Assembly: GCA_964016885.1 (NCBI GenBank)
Contig: OZ024741.1
Span: forward strand, 311,116,001 to 311,180,000
Origin: Eledone cirrhosa
Lineage: Eukaryota
DNA: 64,000 nt
Reading direction: 5' to 3'
Each line of letters begins with the position of its first letter. Within the stretch, counting starts at the first letter, position 1. A program made the position numbers and the translations under genes. This document shows positions 11,380 through 25,988 of the stretch, in pieces. The notes beneath the pieces are model-generated. The model made no database searches. It was not told the DNA's origin and saw nothing but the letters and a program-made list of their open reading frames with translations.

Positions 11380-14300
11380 ACTTTTTTTTTTCCCAATTCA
11401 ATGATGTTCCAGAGCAATATAAAAGAGATAATTGCCAATTTAGGTTCTGGAATAAAAAAGATAATTGGCAATAAGGGAAGGGGCCCCAGGTTATCACAGC
11501 TAGGGATCGCTCGTCATCGTGCCATTGTAATAGAGCCAAACAAGGCATTTAGACTTGGCTGCTGGAACGTACGGACGCTGCTTGACAGAGATTCCTTGGA
11601 GCGTCCTGAACGAAGGACCGCTCTTGTTGCAAAGGAGCTTCGACGTTAGGATCTTGACATCGTGGCTTTATCTGAGACGAGATTAACTGGAGATGGTCAT
11701 GTTACAGAATTTTGTGGCGAATATACATTCTCCTGGAAAGGAAGAGATGAAGGAACCAGAAGAGAAGCTAGGGTAGGATTTATTGTTAAGACTGTTCTTG
11801 TGAATAAATTAGAAGAATTTCCAGTAGGGATTAGTGAGCGTCTTATGTCCATGAGAATTCCGCTGGACAAAGGAAGAAATGCGACCCTGGTGAGTGTGTA
11901 TGCTCCAACTATGAATTCTGTCGATGAAGAAAAAGTGTTCTTTTACCATGCCTTGAAAGGTATTTTAAGAAATATCCCTAAGGCAGACAAAGTCATCGTG
12001 CTTGGTGACTTTAATGCTAGAGTGGGTATGGATTTTAACACATGGAATGTAATTGGAAGGCATGGGGTGGGAAAGTGTAACAACAATGGTATGCTCCTGC
12101 TGCAGATGTATGAGGAGCTGGATCTGTGTGTTACCAACACCATGTTCCAACAAAAGAACAAATTCAAGACCACATGGATGCATCCTGCATCTAAGGAATT
12201 GCATCTTTTGGACTACGTCCTAGTCAGGATGCGCGACAGACAGGATGTGCAGTGTGTTCGTGCTCTTCGTGGATCTGAGTGCTGGAGGAATCACCGCCTG
12301 GTACGCGCAAAAGTGAAACTAATCACTAAACGTAAAATCCGGGCTCCTGGAGTTGCCCTGCCCAAAAGATTGAATGCTGCTCGTCTTAAGGATAAAAATG
12401 TGAAGAGGACATTGGAAGAAGAGATGCAGGCTGCAGATCTTGGTGAGGATTGGCCGACACTTAAAAAGTCGGTTTATGATGTAGGCAGGCGTGTTCTGGG
12501 ATTGGTGCAGAGAAAACATCAGGACTGGTTTAATGAGAATGATGTACATATAGAAGACTTGTTGGCTGATAAGAGGCGTGCTCTGTCACGCTACTTGACG
12601 GAAAAACAACAGGAGAGGAATACGTTGCATGAGGAACTCAAGGATGTAAAATAACGTGTTAGGCGGAGTATTGCTTAGATGAAGGATCAGTGGTGGAGTG
12701 AAAAGGCTGGGGAGATACAAACTGCGTCAGATTCCAATAACACAAAGCTGTTGTACAGTCTCTTGCGTGAGATGGCAAGGATGTCAAAGAACTTCTTCGT
12801 GACTCACAAGGAATTCTACGAAGGTGGCGAGAGCACTTTGATGATCTTTTGAATCAGCCGTCTGTCGTCAGTGAAGATTTCCTCAATCTCATTCCAGAAA
12901 GTCCTGTGAAAGTAGCTCTCGCAGAACCTCCGACGCTTGTGGTGGTTGCAGTGGCTATCTCGAAGCTGAACAGTGGAAGGTCTCCAGGTATGGATGGCAT
13001 ACATGCTGAGCTCCTACAATATGGTGGTGAGAGACTCATGCAACATCTTCACTCTTTGTTTGGCAGGATATGGGCTAATGAATCCGTAACTGAGGACTGG
13101 AGAGATGCAGTAATGGTGGTCTTGTACAAAGGAAAGGGTAACAGGAATGATTGTGGGAACTACAGAGGACATCATTGCTTTCTGTCGTAGGGAAAGTTTT
13201 ATGTAGGGTGCTCTTGGACCGTCTGTTGACACACATTGCAGATTGTGTTCTTCCTGAAAGTCAATCTGGTTTTCGTGCTGGATGCGGCACTACTGATATG
13301 ATCTTCTCAGCTAGACAGCTCCAGGAGAAGTGCATGGAACAAGGCTTGGATCTGTATCAGGTTTTTTTCGATCTGACAAAAGCTTTCGATACTGTTAACA
13401 GAGATGCATTATGGAAGGTTCTCCAGAAACTTGGTTGCCCTGATAAGTTCCTTGCTTTAGTTAGGTCTTTCCATGACGACATGAAGGCTTGGGTTAATGT
13501 CGCAGGTAACATGTCGGAGCCTATCTCAGTAAAAATTGGAGTGAAAAAGGGGGATATTCCAGCACCGACCCTGTTTGCCATATACTTTGCAATGGTTTTC
13601 TGTATTGCATTCAGGAATTGCGAGCATGGTGTTTACATCCGATATCGAACCCCAGGCAGCATATTTAACATCAGGCGCTTTGCTGCAAAAAAAAAGTATT
13701 TATATCAATCATAAGAGACCTCTTGTATGCAGATGATTGCGATCTTGTAGCGCACACAGAGAGTGAGATGCAGCACATTGTGAATGCATTTTCTGACGCT
13801 TGCACTGCCCTAGGATTGACTGTCTGTCTCAAGAAAACCGTCGTCATGTACCAACCTGCCTCTGGTAAGCAGTACACTGAACCAAATATCTGTGTATGGT
13901 AAACGACTTGGAGTGGTTCATCAGTTTGTCTACCTGGGAGGCACTGTCAATCGATACAGCAACCTCACTTAGGATTAGGAAAGCAAGTGATGCTTTCGGA
14001 AAGCTAGAAAGACGACTCTGGGGTCGGTGAGACATATGCAGGAGGACAAAGCTAAAGGTGTACAAGGCATGTGTGCTCTGTTGTCTTCTCTATGCCTGCG
14101 AGACCTGGGTCACATATCGACACCACCTTAAGCCATTGGAGCGTTTCTATCAGATGTGTCTCAGACGGATCCATGGCGTTCACAGGAGGGACCACATCAG
14201 TGATGTCGAGATTTTGGAAAGCTCGATGTTTGACAGTATAGAAGCTCTTGTGCTTAAGCAACGACTCCGTTGGAGTGGTCACCTTGCCAGGATGAAGGAT

Positions 14301-15001
14301 TCTAGAATACCGAAACAACTCTTTTATGGAGAGTTGGTTAAAGGAAAACGACCGCCACATAAACCAAAAAAGGGGTATAAGGAGTCGTTGGAAGCCTCTT
14401 TGAAAGACGCTAACATCTCTGCTGATACATGGGAAAATATTGCTGCTGATCGTAATAAATGGAGAAAGACTGTATATGAGGGAAAAGTTGCCTTTGAGGC
14501 ATCTCGAATCGCATACGAGAAAGTAAAGCGGCATGTGAGGAAGGGCATTACTGTTGCACTTCCAGACGGCGAGAGTCCTCCTATGGTGCTGACATGCAGC
14601 GTCTGCGCGAGACTCTGCCTAAGCAAAGCTGGACTCGAAAGTCATCTTCGCAGTCATAAAGTAAGACCAGTGGTTGACTGCCAGGCTGCTGTTGGAGATG
14701 CTACTCATCATGCTTGCCAAACATGTGGTAGAGAATGTAAATCAGCAGGAGGCCTCAAGCGACATGCAAAAGTTAATGAACTCCAACCACAGCCGACTAT
14801 TCCCAGTGAATGTTTTGGTTGCCGACTCTGTGCAAGACATTTCAGATCACTGGCTGGGCTAAAAAGCCACATTCGATCGCAGCGCTGTTAGTTGCTATCG
14901 TGTGTGTCTGTGTGTATAGATATGTTTATGTGTGTGCGTGTGTGTGTATATATATATGTATATGTATATTATTATTGTTGTTATTGTCGTTATTATTATT
15001 G

Positions 15002-15033
<32 letters not shown>

Positions 15034-15215
15034 GTTATTGATGTATATGTGTGTATGTATATATATATATATGTGTATATATGTATATGTATGTGTGTAT
15101 ATATATATATATATATTTCTTTTTTTTTAATTTAATTTAATTTTTTTATTTATTTATTAATTTATTTTCACCTCGTGCAATGGCCATACTCGATAACGAG
15201 GGGGCAGCCATCTTA
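11380..15215 (+). mobile_element. Near-full-length RTE-clade LINE (APE endonuclease, RT, C-terminal C2H2 fingers), inactivated by stops and frameshifts
   Basis: GCWNVRTL..RRTALVAKEL, ALSETRL, VYAPT, LGDFNARVG, LLDYVL, SPGMDGI, NYRG, QSGFR, DLTKAFD, LYADD (~13724), RLRWSGHLARM. 3' hairpin tggccatactcgataacgag at ~15181. Confidence 0.95.
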
Positions 15216-15267
15216 TGTATGTATATACATATGTATATATATATATATGTACGTATATATATATGTA

Positions 15268-15332
<65 letters not shown>

Positions 15333-15353
15333 TTATATATACATATATATATG

Positions 15354-15553
<200 letters not shown>

Positions 15554-15586
15554 CATATATATATAATATATACATATATATATATA

Positions 15587-16748
15587 TTTAATTATATCTC
15601 ATAAAATAATACAACTGGCTTTCCACAAAATACATATAGTTAGCCCCCCAAACACTTAAATTGGGTTTATACTAACATATAACCTAATGTTTGTTGAGTG
15701 AGATGGTTACCTGTCGGAGTTTAGCTGAAAGCTATCTCTGTTATTGTATTAAATATTTTACTCTTGATTTGGCCAGAGGTATTTATTTCCAGGTACCTTA
15801 TAAACATGACTTTCCGTATATGTTACTGTTATGAGATATGGTGGGTTTTTTGGTTGTCACTTCTCTGTTTTTAGCCTAAGAAAATATATATATGCGTGTG
15901 TAAATAATTACATGCATACATTTATTTTTTTATATTAATTGAGTTCTTAACACGTGGAATTGATAATGGTTTAGAAATAACTAATTAACCCGCGTGTATT
16001 AAATATTTTACTCTTAATTTGGCCAGAGATTTACATTCCCGAATGCCTTTTAAAGCGTAACTTTCAGTATTTACTACAGTTATGAGATGCGGCTTGTTAT
16101 TTAGGTATCACTTCTGTTTTTAGCCTAAGAAAATATCTATATGCGTGTGTAATTAATACACGCATACATATATTTTTTTAATATCAATTGAGTTCTTAAC
16201 ACGCTGGATTGATAATGATTTTGAAAAAACTAATTAACCCACGTGTATATTATTTTATTTTCTCGTGATTCGTGGTTGTCTCCCTTTCTCGCTTCGTGAC
16301 GCTATGATACTTCCTCAGTCAAAAGACTGCTGGAATTTCAAATTTGGCGGTCATTCGATGCGTGAAGGATCAGCTTAGCAGTCACGATTTTAACTGCGGT
16401 AAGAATTTTTTTTTTATATCAAAGTTTAATGGGCTTCCACTGAAGATTTATTAGTGCCCACTTAAATATATTCTTACATGAATATATGTTAGGCTTCTAC
16501 ATAAACTGGAAACACTCTCCCAATGTGTAGAAAACTTATAATGAAACAATTGTTTGGAAAGAGAGATATATATTAACTTTAATTATATCTCATAAAATAA
16601 TACAACTGGCTTTCCACAAAATACATATAGTTAGCACCCCCAAACACTTAAATTGGGTTTATACTTACATATAACCTAATGTGTGTTGAGTGAGATGGTT
16701 ACCAGTCGGAGTTTAGCTTAAAGCTATCTCTGTTATTGTATTAAATAA
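15587..16748. repeat. Element bounded by ~170-bp direct repeats (15587-15756 and 16578-16747) with an internal ~250-bp tandem duplication
   Basis: tttaattatatctcataaaataatacaactggc...tctctgttattgtattaaata occurs twice; 15747-15995 resembles 15996-16248; TA arrays on both sides. Confidence 0.8.
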
Positions 16749-16749
16749 T

Positions 16750-16787
<38 letters not shown>

Positions 16788-16791
16788 TATA

Positions 16792-16869
<78 letters not shown>

Positions 16870-16890
16870 GTATACATATAAATATATATG

Positions 16891-16935
<45 letters not shown>

Positions 16936-16942
16936 GTATATA

Positions 16943-17003
<61 letters not shown>

Positions 17004-17004
17004 G

Positions 17005-17035
<31 letters not shown>

Positions 17036-17036
17036 G

Positions 17037-17083
<47 letters not shown>

Positions 17084-17184
17084 GTATATATATATATACG
17101 TATATATATATGTATATATATATATGTATATGTATATATATATGCATATATATATATATGTATATGTATATATATATGTATATA

Positions 17185-17232
<48 letters not shown>

Positions 17233-17337
17233 AGTACAACTAATAATATATATATATATATAATATATATATATATATATTATATATGTATATATATATA
17301 TATAAGTATATATATATATATGTAAATATTATATTTG

Positions 17338-17368
<31 letters not shown>

Positions 17369-17382
17369 GTATATATATATAT

Positions 17383-17985
17383 GTTACGTCACCAGTTGGT
17401 GCTAGTGGTAACATGTATCCCAGTACAACCTGTCTCATGGTCGGGTTTGTTGGCGACTAAACTGGCAACCCCACCAAGGTTTATTGGTGAGGAGCGTGAC
17501 TTTGGACATCCTGCAGGACTAAAAACAAAATCTGTCAAAGGACAAAGGAGCTCTTAAGAGTCAATGGCCATCCAAAATCACCGGGAGAGGTGACCCCTTA
17601 GCCTTTGTCAAGGCAGAATTCTAGGAGAAGGAAAACTCTGATATAACACCTACAACCCTGATGGTATCCAATAATGTTTCTTTTTGGTTAATATATCATC
17701 TTGGTTAAGAGAGTGGGACTGGCTTTGTGCAGTGCCTTTGCTCACTATAAAAGCTTCACGGCACAGGCATTGCTTTATATGTGGAGATCTCTCTGCACTT
17801 GTCGTCACATGGTACCATGGACCCAGCACTATGTGTCAATAATTGTCACAAGTGTAGTGTTTGTACAAGACTTATCAAGTCGCTGGCTGGACTAAAAAGT
17901 CACACTTGTTCAGCGCATCGGTAGGGGTTCTCCTACATGGATATAAAGTTGTGGCCATACTCGAAAACGAGTTGGCAGCCACCAT
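17383..17985 (+). mobile_element. Short non-autonomous RTE derivative (5' UTR fused to 3' end)
   Basis: RTE-type 5' UTR, then [17 protein letters not shown] (cf. [17 protein letters not shown] at 14.8 kb) and the same terminal hairpin tggccatactcgaaaacgagttggcagcca. Confidence 0.7.
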
Positions 17986-18001
17986 ATATATATGTATATA
18001 T

Positions 18002-18182
<181 letters not shown>

Positions 18183-18208
18183 TAATATATGTATATATAT
18201 ATATATAT

Positions 18209-19085
18209 AGTTATACTTGGGGAGGGTCATATTTGTGTAATATTGCCAGAATTAATAACACTGTTTGGTTGGTTTTCGCTTCTCGCTTCTGTGTCTTTCA
18301 TATCGGTAATCTAATATACTCGCTCCTCAATGTTGCCATTGACTGACCGGCGGTCAAAAATAATACAGATACAATATAGACACAAACACATATATATAGT
18401 TTATCATAAATCTTTCGTTGCACATCTGCAACATCGTCAGTGGTGCTATATTTTCCTCCTGTTGTATTGTAAGTCTACGCCATTTTTATTCAGTCTGTCT
18501 ATATTTTTATTTATTTATTTGCTTGTTTGTTTATTTTTTTATTTTATTTTGTCTTCTTTGCACATGCGTTTGCGTGTGTGTATAGTGTTTTGTTTGCTGT
18601 GTGATGGGTGACTAGTGTGTGTTTATGTGCTTGTTGTTATTGTGCTTGTGTATGTATTTATTCATTTATTTATTTATTTATTTATTTTATTTTATTTACT
18701 TATTTATACTTCTCTTAGGCCAGTGTTGTTTGTTTGTGTGTTGTTGTTATTCCATTCATTCTTTCTGTTTAGCCTTGGTCTTCTAATTTCTATTTCACTG
18801 GCCTCTCTGATTTGCCAATCTGCTGGGTCATTTCTATGTTTAGATATTATTCTAATTTCTATGTTGTCTATGTTACCGTCATGTTGTTGTCTAGCATGTT
18901 CGTAAAGTACTGACCCGTTTTTTCGTCCTTTTAGTTCCCCACAGTGTTGGTCTATCCTTTCACCTATGCTACGAGGTGTGAGTGTGTTTTGTTATTAATT
19001 CTGGCAATATTACACAAATATGACCCTCCCCAAGTATAACAATATTTGTTTCGACACACGATTTCATATAAAAACCTCGCAAAAC
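18209..19085 (-). mobile_element. Truncated PLE (family C-related) with 50-bp terminal inverted repeats
   Basis: Minus strand [42 protein letters not shown] (~18740-18975); 18210-18260 is the reverse complement of 18991-19040. Confidence 0.8.
18403..18444 (-). ncRNA. Hammerhead motif (family C-related)
   Basis: Reverse complement acca CTGACGA t gttgca gatg tgcaac GAAA gatt TA tgat. Confidence 0.65.
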
Positions 19086-19087
19086 TA

Positions 19088-19126
<39 letters not shown>

Positions 19127-19252
19127 TTATAAATATATATACATATATAAATATGTATATATATATATATATACATATATATACATATATATACACACAT
19201 ATATATATATATATGTATATATATACACAAATATATATATACATATATATAC

Positions 19253-19324
<72 letters not shown>

Positions 19325-19427
19325 GTAAACATATTTTATACATATATATATATATATTTATATATATATAAATATATGTATTTATATACATATATATATA
19401 TATATTCATATATATATACATATATAC

Positions 19428-19459
<32 letters not shown>

Positions 19460-19461
<2 letters not shown>

Positions 19462-19597
19462 CGAAGGAAATGTGGTAAGGAACCAAGTGGACCATAACGC
19501 ACCAAAGTACTCAATACTTGGGCTAGTAGAGTGGGTAATATGGACCGGTAAGACCCCGACGGCTGAGCTCAAACCGTTTCGACGGCTAATTCTGGAC

Positions 19598-19600
<3 letters not shown>
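19460..19600 (-). mobile_element. Inverted copy of PLE family E 3' terminus
   Basis: Reverse complement of ~21784-21922. Confidence 0.8.
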
Positions 19601-19647
<47 letters not shown>

Positions 19648-19652
<5 letters not shown>

Positions 19653-19903
19653 ATTTAAAACTGCACTATTCACAAGTGTGTTTCAACCTTCATATCATGT
19701 CTCCCTATTTTATCTGACGAAAACGCAAATGTTATTGCATGATGATATTTGTTTTTGAAATGCGCATAATAAATACATGAACTCTTTTAACCATCTTTTG
19801 ATCTTATATATTATTATTTATACACCATTGCTACAAACTGTAGACTGCTACTTATCCGATATCTGCATTGCTTTATTGTACTACAATAAAACTCACCTCC
19901 TAC
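19648..19903 (+). mobile_element. Solo family A pLTR fragment
   Basis: Matches 4472-4640 and the reverse complement of 2442-2700. Confidence 0.85.
19706..19775 (+). ncRNA. Minimal type I hammerhead ribozyme (family A, CUGACGA core)
   Basis: tattttat CTGACGA aaacgcaaat..atttgttttt GAAA tgcgca TA ataaata; the only core change is at variable position N7. Confidence 0.8.
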
Positions 19904-20025
19904 ACACACATATATATATATATATATACATACACACACACACAGATTCAAATACCACCATATTTACTTGGACAGTCAGATTCGTAATGATTTCTCAAGA
20001 ATGAAACAGTTCTAGTCCTGTAGAA

Positions 20026-20106
<81 letters not shown>

Positions 20107-20108
<2 letters not shown>

Positions 20109-21922
20109 AACGAGTAGGACCCCGACGGCTGAGCTGAAGCCGTTTCCGCAACTGTCCTGATGGATCCATTTGCCCCCTCGACAACAGATGCAGAGATCGT
20201 AATGTGATCTACCAGTGCAACGTGAGGACGGACACCTCCAACAAAGCTTATATAGTATTAACCGCATGTGACTTCAAGACACGGTTATACCAACACAGAC
20301 ATACTTTCCGAAACCCGGCCCGGCGTCATGCCACCACACTTTCGGGCCACGTATGGGACCTCAAAGATAACAATATTACCTATGATCTCACTTGGAGCTT
20401 ACTGTCCAGAGCCAACTCTTACACGGGAGGACGCCGTCCGTGCAATTTATGCTCGGTGGAAACTTTACAAATACTGTTTTCGACGGACAACTCCTAAACA
20501 AGAAAGACGAACTGGTAACTGCATGCAAACACAGATTGCGTAGGACTTACATCGCCCTGAAACACCATAATGACCCGGGGGGTGGGGGTGGGTAGACAAG
20601 GGATGTAACACCCCACTTGCCTACCTTGTAATGGGTAACCCCTGCTTGCAAAGGTAGACGTAAGATCTTCTTTTATATCTTTTTATCGTTTCCTCTATAT
20701 TTCCTTCTTCCACCATCCTTTATAGTCCTTCCTCCCCAGTCCTCCTTCTTTGTCGTCGTCCTTTTCATTTTCTCGCCCACCTGAGGCAGTATCTAGGTCC
20801 TTTGTAGCCTCAGTACTCCCACCCTCTTCCCCTATTCTACGATAGAATTGGCCGACTCCGCTTTTTATAGTAGATGTGATAGACCCCAATACTTGCTTTC
20901 TTATCCGATGGCTGCCCCATTTCCGTGCTTTCTACATTTCTTAATGGTATCTCTGCTTTAATTTCTCGTATATCAGTATTTATTGGGGGGGGGGGGGGGG
21001 ATTCTGAATTAATTTTCCGTATCAAATTTTTCATATACCTCGTACGAGCATTTATGTAGTTTGCACTAGAATTTATGTATCGTAGCGGCACCCTTAGAGA
21101 TAGTATTAGTATTCATCTTCGGGATTCTGAATTATTATTTCGTATTAGTCTATTTTTTGCACCGGGTGGTTGTTGGTCTTGTGCCTGGGGTAGAAACATT
21201 TATTTCGTATTAGTTTCGGGACTCTGAATTATTATTTCGTGGTAGTTACTTTAGTATTTTGCCCCCCCCCCCCCACTTGTTGACCTGTCACCGTAAGATA
21301 TACTCGGTTGATTACTACTAACTCTTAAAACGGTCTCATTACAATTCCGTGCCACCTAGTAAACTTTTCTATAGTTTAGCAGTACCAGTGAGAGACTTTA
21401 TGACTGTCGTTAGGGAATAGTAACCAAAAAATGTTGTTTTTTTAAATATTTTTAACATTCTCGGTATTCTTCTATATATTTACTCCATATTGATTTACTT
21501 ATTGTTTCGACTTCCTCCCCCTCCCTAGTATACTTGCTTGACCTCCTACCCTGCTGTAGTTGGCACTATCAACGCACGACTGGCTTTCCTCCACTCCTTC
21601 TCCCTCTCCCTCTTTCTTCTACTGGCAGGTTCAGCTACCCTTCCTGCCACAAATTGCCATGATAAAATTATGTGTCTCAACAACAAACTTTTGACCAATC
21701 CTTGTGACAATCACTTTTACCATATATAGAATTATCCCATGAGAAGCTCGGCTATTCATATACCAGGATAAACATTTTCATTTAGTCCAGAATTAGCCGT
21801 CGAAACGGCTTGAGCTCAGCTGTAGGGGTCCTACTCGTTCCTATTACCCACTTTACTACCCTAAGTATTGAGTACTTTGGTGCGTTATGGTCCACCTGGT
21901 TCCTTACCACATTTCCTTCGTT
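20107..21922 (+). mobile_element. 5'-truncated PLE (family E): GIY-YIG plus 3' UTR, with short inverted terminus at the 5' junction
   Basis: NCPDGSICPLDNRCRDRNVIYQCNV..AYIVLTACDFKTRLYQHRHTF..TTLSGHVWDLK..CNLCSVE..LLNKKDELVTACKH (20150-20560); 20107-20145 is an inverted copy of ~21802-21841. Confidence 0.88.
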
Positions 21923-21943
21923 ATATATATATATATATATATG

Positions 21944-22032
<89 letters not shown>

Positions 22033-22468
22033 CGAGAGAAAGGATGCGTCTTGTGTGTGTGCGTGTGTGTGTGCGTGTGTGTGTGGACATAAATATATAT
22101 GACACACAGTCACAGTACCACTTGTGTGAAAGAGAGAAAGAGAGGTGTGTAAAGAATAGATAAATAAATAAAAGTTCATGTTCCTCGCTCTCTTTCTTTC
22201 TCAACCCCTTTCTCCCTTTTTTCTCATACCCTCTCTCTCTTTCTCTCACTCTCTCTCTCACACTCATATCCCCCTCTCTCTCTTCCTCTACAGAATGGAG
22301 AACAATAAAACACGCGCAGATCCCCCCCTCCTCTCTCTCTGTCTTTTTATATATATATATGTGTTTGTGTGTGTCTATGTGTAAACCAGCGTTCGTCGCC
22401 ATTCTCTCTCTCTCTCTCTCTACACCTCCCTTTCTATCTTTAGATGTATATGTATATATATATATATA

Positions 22469-24064
22469 CTAGCAGAAGTACCCGGCGTTGCTCGGATATT
22501 AAATAGCAATTGTGTATAACATTTATGTCAATACTTCAGTGCTCCTTCGAAAACTATACTTTTACAAAATCATCGGCTCTTTCCAAAAGGGGGTTCCTGC
22601 CCCCAGTGGTCCCTACCCAATATATGCCAATTCTGAGAGTTCACATTCATCTGTAGGACAAACGTAGCCCATGTGTCAAGCTTTGTAAAAATCAGTTGCG
22701 AACTCCAGAAGTTATGACGTTTTGTTGCATTGCACTAAAGTGCTTCAGTCGACTCCAAGGAAGTGGTTAAAGTGGTTAAAGGGGTTATCTGACGGGGGGC
22801 CCTATAATCAATATCTGGAAAAATGACAATGCCCCTGACCATCCGGAGTACATAAGCAACCTATGTCTTAAGTTTGGTGAAAATACTGTAGAAATGCATA
22901 AGGTTTATACATACGCGCGTGCGTTCGTGTGTGTGCGCGCGCGCGCGTGTGTGTATGTTTGTGTGTGTATGTACTGGCCTAAATCTTCACTATTTACTTT
23001 TACTATTTTAATAACCTCTGTCATTTTCGTTTACAATTTTATTTACATCATTCTTAAACTCCGGGGCTGGAAATCATTGTTATTTTAAATAGAATATTAC
23101 TCTAACGACTCCATTTATACCATAAACTTGGTCTTTTCTTTGCATGAAATTGTTCTTCACGCCCGACATAACGACGTATTATCCTCGCTTTTTTCCCGTT
23201 CATTGCCAGGGAACGTCTTCACGAACCAAAATATCGTCTTCCTGTTTTCGTTCGGTTGCAACGTTTCTCGAAATAATTACTTCTGCGTTCACAGATTGCT
23301 CTCAGTTCAATTTGAATGGGAAATTCCTATTTCATCGATTTTCTCCTTAATCATGGAAGCTTGTAGCTTGAAAGTCGACCCAACGCCTCCTCGCGTCATT
23401 CTCCATAACTGTGTAAATTTTCGCTGCATTCCACCAAACAGTTTTGACGTTTATCCGACTACACCTACATATACAACGTCCGACCACTTCCAATTTATAT
23501 AGTATATTTGTTTATATATGAATGACAAAAAGAAAAGAACAAAACTATACATGAATTGTTTCTACTAAATCTTCAATTTAAGACACAACCTACATATTTG
23601 ATAGGACTCCAGCTCACATCTTCTTCTTATTTTTCTTCTTTTGCTCCCGCTGGAACATTGGGCTGCGAGCCACCCCTACATCACGCCATGTTCTGACTCT
23701 GCTTTTCAACTCCACCGTGATGCACGGTGCGTCATGCTGTATCTAACCATTTTTTTAGGTCTTACTACGGCTGATTTCTTCCAGAGAGAAAGGAAGAGAT
23801 GGAAAAAGGCAGAGAAGATTCATCCCCGTAGGAATAATAAAAAAATGTTTACACTGCATATTTCATTTTTTCAAAGCTAAAGCTGCCGATCCAAAATCAG
23901 TAATTCAACGCCCTGAAAACTTTCAAATATATGCTGTTCTAGCATGGATATTATGCTAAGGATAAGCTGTCCACAAAGTAAGATTTACTTGCATATCCCC
24001 GCTCATATAAAAACATAAATACATGCATACATTACAGTTGATATTTTTTTATTAAAGCGTTTTC

Positions 24065-24140
<76 letters not shown>

Positions 24141-24462
24141 TGACGAAACATAACTCAATTCCATGAACTCATAATCCTTTATTTACTGCTTTATTTGTAT
24201 GAAATTGTAAATAAGACAAAAGTATTAGAACAGGGGAGATAACTCACCGAGCGCGATAGTTTTGGGGCCCCAGGGACAAAATTCTTCAAGTTAGAGATTT
24301 GAAACCTCGTCTATTTGCTTCCTTGGCACTTTTTACATAGGTGTGTAAATTTTCACGTCAGTCCGACCACGTCTACTACCATTTAACCGTGCACATCTGA
24401 ATTTCAACCACCACCCATTTCACAAATATATATTAGATATATGTGTGTGTGTGTGTGTGTGA

Positions 24463-24526
<64 letters not shown>

Positions 24527-24531
24527 GTGTG

Positions 24532-24566
<35 letters not shown>

Positions 24567-24822
24567 GTGCATTAATGACGTGTTCGTCAGAATGTCGTTA
24601 TGCAGACAGGCAGGCATACAGACATATATTATAAGGGCTCGACGTAGATCCATAACACCCCTTTAAAAACAGAAAATTGCAAAATAAAAGCTGCAGTTAG
24701 TATCTTTACACCACGAGCAATAAATCAATGCAAGTTTGAAATAAATCGGAGTAGAAATGTGGATTTGTATAGACTTTGCAAAAATTAGGACACACAGACA
24801 ACATTAGTTTTATAAATATAGA
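22469..24822 (-). mobile_element. Non-autonomous Helitron-like composite
   Basis: Minus-strand 3' end ccgagcaacgccgggtacttctgCTAG|t at 22469; 5'-like ends tatactatataaa (~23506) and a|TCtatatttataaaa..gtctgtgtgtc (24822). Internal continuity uncertain. Confidence 0.55.
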
Positions 24823-24875
24823 TATATACACATATATACACACACACACAGACACACACACACACACACACACCT

Positions 24876-24932
<57 letters not shown>

Positions 24933-25008
24933 CATATATAAACATACACGAGTGAGTGAACATAGACGCAAATATAAGTATGTAAGTAATCAAAAAAAAA
25001 ATGTAAAG

Positions 25009-25193
25009 AATTGTTTCTACTCTTAGCACAAGAACAGCAATTAACCAGTATTTTACTGGCACTTTATCTTATCAACCCCGTAAGGATGAAAGGCAAAGTT
25101 AACCTCGGTGGGATTTGAACTAAGAATGGCAAGGGCCGTAACCCCATGCGTCAATGCAGGGCGTCCGACCATCTAACGATACTACCAATCCAC
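25009..25193 (-). mobile_element. tRNA-derived SINE
   Basis: Reverse complement of the family consensus. Confidence 0.85.
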
Positions 25194-25807
25194 TGCATTG
25201 TAAATAAGTAAATAATAGCGCATAACCACACACACACACACATACTGATACATCCATGACAAATTTTTCTACATACGCATGCACGCACGTACGCAGACAT
25301 AGAGACATGGAAATGCATATAATTAGAAAAGAGTGTATATACACACCTAAATAAAAGTATATAGATAAATAATTATATACACCATGATATACACATAAAC
25401 AACAGACAATACTTATACATACGTACATAAACACACATATATATATAAATATATACATGCACACACACACACATATATACACATATGCATATACATACAA
25501 ATATACATATACATACATACACATATGCACACATACGTACATGCATAATATATACATACACATACATAGACATACACATACACACACATATATAAATATA
25601 CATATACACATATAAATATAAGAATACCCACACATATATACATAAACACAAACATATATTCATTATGTGAAAGATAGAATTGGTGTTCCCGTTATTACAA
25701 TAATGAAATGTTAAGGTGTATGTAGAAAGAGTATAACTATTAGGTAGAAAGAAAAGACTTTGATTGAGTATTAAAGGTGGATGGAATATGAGGGTAGGCT
25801 TATATCA

Positions 25808-25988
25808 TTTGGCAGTATCGGTAGAGCGTCGGACGCCATACTTTACAGCACAGAGTTACGGTACTTTATGGTCTGAGTTCAAATCCCGCCAAGGTTAACT
25901 TTGCTTTCATCCTTACGTGGTCGATAAAATAAAGCACAAATATTACACTGGGATAATTGCTGGCCTTGTGCCAAAAGTAGAAACAATT
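25808..25988 (+). mobile_element. tRNA-derived SINE
   Basis: A box tggcagtatcgg, B box gagttcaaatcc, family body and tail. Confidence 0.88.

Noticed and set aside
25808-25890. A/B boxes suggesting a tRNA gene
   Set aside because: No cloverleaf; continues into a multi-copy SINE body.
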